Assembly (NCBI GenBank): GCA_943787425.1
Contig: CALSMJ010000001.1
Location: 793,271 to 857,270, forward strand
Direction of reading: 5' to 3'
DNA: 64,000 bases
Source: an uncultured Pseudomonadales bacterium
Lineage (GTDB): Bacteria; Pseudomonadota; Gammaproteobacteria; Pseudomonadales; Azotimanducaceae
How positions within the stretch are numbered: the stretch's first letter is position 1; each line of letters opens with the position of its first letter. This document shows positions 57,931 through 64,000 of the stretch, in pieces. A model generated the notes under the pieces. That model saw only the letters and a program-made list of their open reading frames with translations. It had not been told where the DNA came from and searched no databases. The position numbers were made by a program, and so were the translations under genes.

Positions 57931-58845
57931 ATGAAAATCGGTTTAATGACGGCGGTAACAGATTCACCAGAGGCTTGCTTCGACGACATCGTTATCGATG
58001 CGCAGCGTGCCGAAGCGGAAGGGTTTTCAGCGATTTGGATGGCCAATATTTTTGGGCTAGACGCCATCTCAACCCTATCGATTATTGGTCGCGCCACAAA
58101 GACCATTGAATTGGGTACGGCTGTCACGCCAACCTACCCCAGACATCCGACGGCCTTAGCGCAGCAAGCGTTAACAGCGGCCGTCGCGTCTGGCAACCGA
58201 TTTAACCTTGGCATCGGACTTTCTCATAAAGTCGTTATCGAAAATATGTTTGGATTTTCCTACGACAAACCAGCCCAGCATATGCGCGAGTACCTTTCGG
58301 TCCTGATGCCACTGCTCGCAGGTGAGACCGTGCAGTTTAAAGGGGACCATTACAACGTCAATGGCGTCCGACTCACAATGGCTGGGCAGCCCGTTGTGCC
58401 AACGCTGATAGCAGCCCTTGGACCCGTTATGCTGAATCTCGCTGGCGCTATGGCCGATGGCACGATTACTTGGATGACCGGCGCGAAAACCCTTGAGACT
58501 CACATCATTCCAAAAATCAACGACAGCGCCGAGAAAGCGGGCCGAAAGACCCCGAGAGTCGTGGCGGGTTTCCCGATTCTTTTAACCGATCAGGTCGCTG
58601 AAACACGCGCCCGCATTGATCAAAGCTTGGCCATCTACGGCACCCTGCCATCCTATCGCGCCATGCTCGACAAAGAGGGCTTAAAGGGGCCTGGGGATTT
58701 AGCGATTGTTGGCGATGAAACCGAAGTCCGCGCCCGCCTGGATGACTTGCGCGCTATCGGGGTCACGGACTTTACCGCGGCGATCGCGGCAGACAATGCA
58801 GAAGACGCTGCCCGAACCCGGGCCTTTCTTGCCAGCGAGTGTTGA
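57931..58845 (+). CDS. LLM-class (luciferase-like/F420-type) oxidoreductase
   Basis: AEAEGFSAIWMANIFGLDA, LGTAVTPTYPRHP and LGIGLSH are typical LLM segments. Confidence 0.75.
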   Translation: MKIGLMTAVTDSPEACFDDIVIDAQRAEAEGFSAIWMANIFGLDAISTLSIIGRATKTIELGTAVTPTYPRHPTALAQQALTAAVASGNRFNLGIGLSHKVVIENMFGFSYDKPAQHMREYLSVLMPLLAGETVQFKGDHYNVNGVRLTMAGQPVVPTLIAALGPVMLNLAGAMADGTITWMTGAKTLETHIIPKINDSAEKAGRKTPRVVAGFPILLTDQVAETRARIDQSLAIYGTLPSYRAMLDKEGLKGPGDLAIVGDETEVRARLDDLRAIGVTDFTAAIAADNAEDAARTRAFLASEC

Positions 58846-59757
58846 TCAGAAGCGCGGAATGACCTCTTCAACCAATCGCTGCGTTTGCGCCATCAAGTCT
58901 TTTGTGCCTTCTGCAATCGGTATGAGCACGAACTTCGAGCAACCCGCCTCGATAAAGGCCTGGACACGATTGGCAATCACATCGGCGGATCCAATTGCCA
59001 AGTAGTCGGTTGGGTCTTGGCTGAGGCGCGCGCTGATGCCTTTTATGGCCTGCTGTGCAACGGGCTCATCGGCTGACCCAAACCGAAACGAAAACGTGGC
59101 GCCGTAATGGTCCTCATCGATCGATCTTTGGTACTGCGGCAGGGCCGCTCGAATACCCGAAATCACCTTCTGGGTTTGACTTGGGGTATCAATCCCAGCG
59201 AGCCAACCCGTGCCAATGCGAGCCGTTCGCTCAATGGCCTTGGCGGACGACCCGCCAATCCAAAGCGGCATCTTGGCATTGGCAGGCTTGGGTGAAATGC
59301 TTGCCCGGTCATAGTTAAAGAAGGTGCCTTCAAAGGTCACCTCCTCTTCCGTCCAGAGCCGACGCAGCAGGGTCAACGCTTCATCGGCTTTCTTTCCCCG
59401 GCCTTGGGTCGGGGTGCCGGTTGCGGTGTAATCTCGACTGAGCGCGCTGCCAATTCCAAACGCTGGCAACAAGCGTCCGCCACTCAAGAAGTCTATTGTG
59501 GCGCACTGTTTTGCCGTTAATAACGGATCCCGTAGCGCGATACTCGCGACATTCATACCAAAGCGCATCGAGTCGGTCGCGCCGGCAATTGCCGCCATCG
59601 TTGAGAGGGTTTCAAGGTTTGGTTCTTTCGAAATCAAACGGTCTGTTTGCCAAATTGAGTCTACCGAACCCTGCTCGCATTGCTCGATCCATTTAAAATA
59701 ATCGGGCCCTTTATCAAGGGAGAACCGTCCAAGGCCCATGCCAATGCCAATGGTCAT
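58846..59757 (-). CDS. LLM-class flavin-dependent oxidoreductase
   Basis: SGGRLLPAFGIGS and PLWIGGSS patterns of luciferase-like monooxygenases. Confidence 0.75.
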   Translation of the reverse strand: MTIGIGMGLGRFSLDKGPDYFKWIEQCEQGSVDSIWQTDRLISKEPNLETLSTMAAIAGATDSMRFGMNVASIALRDPLLTAKQCATIDFLSGGRLLPAFGIGSALSRDYTATGTPTQGRGKKADEALTLLRRLWTEEEVTFEGTFFNYDRASISPKPANAKMPLWIGGSSAKAIERTARIGTGWLAGIDTPSQTQKVISGIRAALPQYQRSIDEDHYGATFSFRFGSADEPVAQQAIKGISARLSQDPTDYLAIGSADVIANRVQAFIEAGCSKFVLIPIAEGTKDLMAQTQRLVEEVIPRF

Positions 59758-60594
59758 TTAGACCTCCTCATCCAATGCCCAGATGGCATCAAAGTCCACC
59801 CAGTGATTTAACCGATCAAATTGCGCGATCGCTTTATTTTCTTGACCCGTTGCCACCAACTCGGCGAGCCCCTGCTCAAGACCTGAGGTGAGCGCGCCGA
59901 GTAAATAGGTTGGGTGAATCACGATTTGAAAGCCCAGCTCAAACAAGGTTTGATCCGGCAACATCGGCGTTCGCCCGCCCGCGACCATGTTCGCAACCAG
60001 AGGCACCCCCTTGAAAGCCGCCGCAATCTGGCGCAGTTCGTCCTCGGTCTCTGGGGACTCAACAAACAAGGCATCCGCGCCCGCCGCAAGATACGCCTCG
60101 GCCCGCCGCAGCGCTTCATCTAAGCCCAGTTGGGTCCGTGCATCGGTTCGGGCAATGATCATAAACCCTGGTTGATCTCGAGTTGATGCGGCGATCTTAA
60201 TTTTCTTTTGCATCTCGGCGGCATCAATGACGCGTCGATCGCGGGTATGACCGCACCGTTTCGGAAATTCCTGATCTTCGAGCTGGATCGCGGCTGCGCC
60301 AGCGCGTTCATAGCCTGCAACCGTTTGCGCAACGTTCGCCAAGCCCCCAAACCCCGTGTCGCCATCGGCAACAACCGGCACGTCAATAACCGCCGTGATC
60401 TGCGCGAGGCGCTCGACCATTTGCGAGTAGGAAACAAGTCCCGCATCGGGCTTACCCAGTAAGGTCGCGGATACGCCATAACCCGTCATGTAGAGCGGCC
60501 CTTTGACATAGTGCGCCGCGATCCTTGCAGAGAACGGATCAAAGACGCCGGGCAACGAAAAACACTGCCCGCGATTGAGTGCATCCAACAACAT
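59758..60594 (-). CDS. Isocitrate lyase / PEP mutase superfamily enzyme (methylisocitrate lyase- or oxaloacetate decarboxylase-like)
   Basis: ADGDTGFGG and LEDQEFPKRCGH motifs. It is contiguous with the downstream LLM gene. Confidence 0.8.
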   Translation of the reverse strand: MLLDALNRGQCFSLPGVFDPFSARIAAHYVKGPLYMTGYGVSATLLGKPDAGLVSYSQMVERLAQITAVIDVPVVADGDTGFGGLANVAQTVAGYERAGAAAIQLEDQEFPKRCGHTRDRRVIDAAEMQKKIKIAASTRDQPGFMIIARTDARTQLGLDEALRRAEAYLAAGADALFVESPETEDELRQIAAAFKGVPLVANMVAGGRTPMLPDQTLFELGFQIVIHPTYLLGALTSGLEQGLAELVATGQENKAIAQFDRLNHWVDFDAIWALDEEV

Positions 60595-60805
60595 TAGGGA
60601 ACCTCCAACATTCAGTTAAGACCCTCGATTCAGCTCGCATGACCCACGGCATCAGCACCAGCCAAACAGATCAACAACCCCTCTGAGAACATCAGGCTAT
60701 TAAGCGGGCGCACCCCATGGTAACTCAGAATCGGAGCGGTTCAGAGTCGCATCGAGGTTTGATTTTAGAGTATTCTGTTCAGATCGTTATCGTCAGGAAC
60801 CCAAC

Positions 60806-61783
60806 TTGAAAGCCATTATTTGCCAAAGCTTTGATCATCCCAGCAACCTCACCTTGTCAGAAACCGAGGCGCCAGACCTTGCCGATCATGAAGTCTTAAT
60901 CGATATTGCTGCAACCGGCTTGGGCTATGTTGATGCTCTGACCGTGTCGGGCCTGTATCAGATCAAGCCGCCCTTACCCTTCATTCCGGGTAACGAAATC
61001 GCCGGCACCGTGATCCAGATTGGCGCGGACGTTCAAACCCTCAAGGTTGGCGACCGGGTTCTTGCCATGCCTTCAAACGGCGGGCTTGCGGAACACATCA
61101 GCCTCTCAGCCAGCCGTTGCCTGGTCATTCCAGATCACCTGAGTTTTCCTGCGGCCGCCTCGTTTTTAGTCAATTATTGCACGGCCCACCATGGCCTCGT
61201 TACCTGCGGGGCTTTGACAGCCTCGGATACGGTCTTGATCCTTGGCGCAAGCGGCGGCGTTGGTGTTGCCGCGATTGATGTCGCAAAAAGCCATGGCGCG
61301 CACGTGATTGCTGCGGCATCAACCCCAGAAAAGGTGCAGGCCGCGATCGCAGCTGGCGCGGATGAAGGCCTTTTGTATTCAGCCGCCGACTGGCGGGATC
61401 AACTCAAAACGCTGCTTGCCGGACGCGCTTTGACCGTGGTTTATGACCCTGTTGGCGGCGATTTCGCTGACCCAGCCCTACGATCCCTCAGTCCGGGAGG
61501 GCGTTATCTGGTGATCGGATTTGCCAGTGGCACCATTCCAAAATTCGCAGCGAATTTGACCCTGTTAAAACAGATCAGCATCGTTGGCGTCAATTGGGGG
61601 GGGCACATCATGATCCATCCAGAGGCATCGCAACCTGTCATAGATCACTTACTGAGTCGCATCCAAGCGCGGCAACTCAATCCCGAGGCGGGGCAATGCT
61701 TCGCTTTAGCAGATGCGGGTTTAGCGATGACCGCCATGTTAGACCGCCAAGCGATTGGCAAAATTGTCATTACCCAGGAGTAA
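60806..61783 (+). CDS. NADPH:quinone oxidoreductase / MDR-family dehydrogenase
   Basis: TTG start. PFIPGNEIAGTV and the cofactor motif LGASGGVGVAAIDVAK. Confidence 0.8.
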   Translation: MKAIICQSFDHPSNLTLSETEAPDLADHEVLIDIAATGLGYVDALTVSGLYQIKPPLPFIPGNEIAGTVIQIGADVQTLKVGDRVLAMPSNGGLAEHISLSASRCLVIPDHLSFPAAASFLVNYCTAHHGLVTCGALTASDTVLILGASGGVGVAAIDVAKSHGAHVIAAASTPEKVQAAIAAGADEGLLYSAADWRDQLKTLLAGRALTVVYDPVGGDFADPALRSLSPGGRYLVIGFASGTIPKFAANLTLLKQISIVGVNWGGHIMIHPEASQPVIDHLLSRIQARQLNPEAGQCFALADAGLAMTAMLDRQAIGKIVITQE

Positions 61784-61786
61784 CCC

Positions 61787-62932
61787 ATGTCCGACATCAC
61801 CCCTTTCGAAATTGATATCCCGGTCGAGCAGCTCACCGATCTAAAATTACGTTTGGCCATGACCCGAATGCCCGATCCGGAGACCCCAAACGACTGGTCT
61901 CAGGGTGTGCCGCTCGCTTATATGATTGAGGTGAAAGACTATTGGGAGAAATCTTATGACTGGCCAGATCGGCAAGCGCGCCTGAATCGTTGGCCCGGAT
62001 TTAAAACAACCCTAGCCGACGTCGACATCCACTTTTTGCACATTCGGTCTCAGCATGATGAGGCTCGACCACTTTTAATGACTCATGGCTGGCCCGGGTC
62101 CATTGTGGAATTTCAAAAGGTCATCGCAGCCTTAACGGATCCTTGCGCCCATGGCGGCACTGCCGAGCAGGCATTTCACCTAGTATGCCCGACGCTACCC
62201 GGCTTCGGCTTTTCGGGTCAACCCACTCAGCCGGGGTGGGGCATTGAAAAGATCGCCGAGGCCTGGGATGAGCTTATGCTGCGGCTTGGCTATAACCAAT
62301 ATCTCGCCCAGGGCGGCGACTGGGGCGCCATTGTTACAACAGCCATCGGCGTTCAGAACCTTGGGCACTGCCGTGGGATCCACGTCACGATGCCAATCGT
62401 GACACCCGATCCTGAGACCATGAACGACTTAACCGATGCAGAACGCGACAGCCTTGCTGCCATGCAGTTCTATCAAAACCATGATTCAGGATACTCCAAG
62501 CAGCAAAGCACGCGCCCCCAAACCCTAGGCTATGGTCTTGCCGACTCACCTATCGGACAGGCTGCGTGGATTTTAGAAAAATTCTATCAGTGGATGGATT
62601 GCGATGGTCTGCCCCAGAACATCGTCAGTCTCGATGAACTTTTAGATAACGTCATGCTCTACTGGTTACCCAATGCCGGCGCTTCTTCGGCTCGGATTTA
62701 CTGGGAAAGTTTTGGCAGCAACACCGTGTCATCGTTACCCGTCACCGTACCATCGGCGATCAGCATCTTCCCGAAAGAGATTTTCAAAACGTCTGAGCGC
62801 TGGGCCCGGCAGCGCTATCAGGACTTGCGCTACTTCAACCCATTATCGAAGGGCGGCCATTTCGCAGCCTTTGAACAACCCGACTTATTTGTGCAGGAAC
62901 TGCGCGCAGCCTTTGATCAAATCCGCGATTAA
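61787..62932 (+). CDS. Epoxide hydrolase (alpha/beta hydrolase with EH N-terminal domain)
   Basis: FEIDIPVEQLTDLKLRL N-terminal domain, HGWPGS oxyanion motif and GGDWG nucleophile elbow. Confidence 0.85.
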   Translation: MSDITPFEIDIPVEQLTDLKLRLAMTRMPDPETPNDWSQGVPLAYMIEVKDYWEKSYDWPDRQARLNRWPGFKTTLADVDIHFLHIRSQHDEARPLLMTHGWPGSIVEFQKVIAALTDPCAHGGTAEQAFHLVCPTLPGFGFSGQPTQPGWGIEKIAEAWDELMLRLGYNQYLAQGGDWGAIVTTAIGVQNLGHCRGIHVTMPIVTPDPETMNDLTDAERDSLAAMQFYQNHDSGYSKQQSTRPQTLGYGLADSPIGQAAWILEKFYQWMDCDGLPQNIVSLDELLDNVMLYWLPNAGASSARIYWESFGSNTVSSLPVTVPSAISIFPKEIFKTSERWARQRYQDLRYFNPLSKGGHFAAFEQPDLFVQELRAAFDQIRD

Positions 62933-63879
62933 TCGGGCGCCTGAGCTGGCGCCGTCTGCTCAGGCGTGACCTGGCTAACAACAGGCGTATTCCGCAAAAA
63001 GCGTTTTGGCGAAGCCGCGTACCAGATCCTAAACGCGTGCTGAAAAGAGCTTGGTTCAGAGTAGCCAAGCATCTTGCTCACAACTTTGACGGGATGACCA
63101 CGACTTAATAAACGCATGGACTCCTTGCGGCGGTAGTCCTGAAGAATTTCACTGAATTTCGTGCCCTCCATTGCAAGCCGACGACGCAAGGTTGAGGCCT
63201 CTATCCCAAATGCCTCGGCCGCCAGCGGCATTGAGACTTTCTCAAAAGATCGACACGCTCGATCTATGTATTCGAGCACCCGGCCGCCCAGTCCATCCGA
63301 CTCAGCTCTCGCCGCCAAGGTTGGCTGAATCAACGACTTAAAGTGCAAGGCAACCCCCTCATTCGCTAAAATAGATGGCTGCTCAACCTGATCTCGAGCC
63401 CAGATAACCTCGGTCACTTGATCGCTGGTGACCCCGAGCTCAACTTGACGCGACAGATAGTCGGTGACCGCCATCGGCCGACCACGATAAATCAGTGCCT
63501 GAACCGGTAGCACGCCAGACTTCGACAGCTGGGCAATACCCGAAACGAACTGGGCGACAAAAAAATGATGCTGCCAATCATGAATGGGAATACGCGGCAG
63601 GATTCGAATCGAAAAGGTCTCTGGCGTCTCAATGGTTGTGTTATGCACCACATTGGTGTCCATCAATCGAGTGTCTGCAACGCACTGAATTGCAGCCTTG
63701 ATCGTGGCTTGAGTCACTGCATAACTGATTCGCGCAACCATCGGTCCCCGCAGCTTTTTTTCTCGCCAGAAAACATCAAAGGCACCGGGATCTTTGCCTA
63801 AAATTGTTTCCATATCACGATTAACTTGCTCAAAACTCAAAGAGAAGTTTGGGTCGAGACTTGAGCCACCACCTGACAA
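62929..63879 (-). CDS. AraC-family transcriptional regulator
   Basis: C-terminal double HTH (AEAFGIEASTLRRRLAMEGTKFSEIL...MLGYSEPSSFQHAFRIWYAASPKRF). The start is uncertain. Confidence 0.8.
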   Translation of the reverse strand: MSGGGSSLDPNFSLSFEQVNRDMETILGKDPGAFDVFWREKKLRGPMVARISYAVTQATIKAAIQCVADTRLMDTNVVHNTTIETPETFSIRILPRIPIHDWQHHFFVAQFVSGIAQLSKSGVLPVQALIYRGRPMAVTDYLSRQVELGVTSDQVTEVIWARDQVEQPSILANEGVALHFKSLIQPTLAARAESDGLGGRVLEYIDRACRSFEKVSMPLAAEAFGIEASTLRRRLAMEGTKFSEILQDYRRKESMRLLSRGHPVKVVSKMLGYSEPSSFQHAFRIWYAASPKRFLRNTPVVSQVTPEQTAPAQAPD

Positions 63880-64000
63880 AATTTTTTCATAAATCGCTGG
63901 TTTTAAGAAGCCACGATCCCGACCGAACTGATAAATCGAGATAACAGCCGGACCATAAAACCAGACAAATTGATCTGACTTGTCGCCGCGCCGACTCTTG

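Overview
This 64-kb segment looks like ordinary chromosome from a moderately GC-rich proteobacterium, probably gammaproteobacterial judging by gene content (uvrA, rimK with its retropepsin-like partner, rarD, tesB, a ZntB/CorA-type transporter). I can support about 55 protein-coding genes. I recognised no rRNA, tRNA, CRISPR array, transposase, integrase or phage genes. Most of the window is housekeeping and accessory metabolism: MFS and GPH transporters, three Nudix hydrolases, three luciferase-like (LLM) oxidoreductases, a molybdopterin oxidoreductase, a Cys-type sulfatase, thiolase, SDR, acyl-CoA ligase, thioesterases and an epoxide hydrolase. The stand-out region is 30.3-46.8 kb. It begins with two tandem, frameshifted genes for periplasmic helical-repeat (TPR-like) proteins with TonB-C-like ends, followed by a divergent lipoprotein pair. 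Then comes a tightly packed ~11.9-kb plus-strand operon (34926-46783). The operon encodes a lipoprotein leader fused to a 33-bp x 12 tandem repeat, an acidic low-complexity protein and another lipoprotein. It continues with a membrane pseudokinase-TPR-PEGA protein, a PEGA-repeat protein ending in a cysteine-less FGE-sulfatase domain and a small secreted protein. It ends with a MotA/ExbB-type channel, a degenerate Hsp70/actin-like protein, and two paralogous proteins that combine an ExbD/TolR-like Asp-containing membrane anchor with a coiled coil and a vWA (MIDAS) domain. I do not recognise this combination as any characterised Tol, TonB, flagellar-stator, gliding or Zorya-type system. I flag it as the candidate novel system. 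Other oddities include a 19-bp x ~10 tandem repeat array at 52.7 kb and a bacterial voltage-gated channel with an unusually acidic FEDWTD pore motif. There is also an off-spacing LexA-like palindrome upstream of uvrA. All calls come from reading the supplied translations and sequence by eye. No database search was run.
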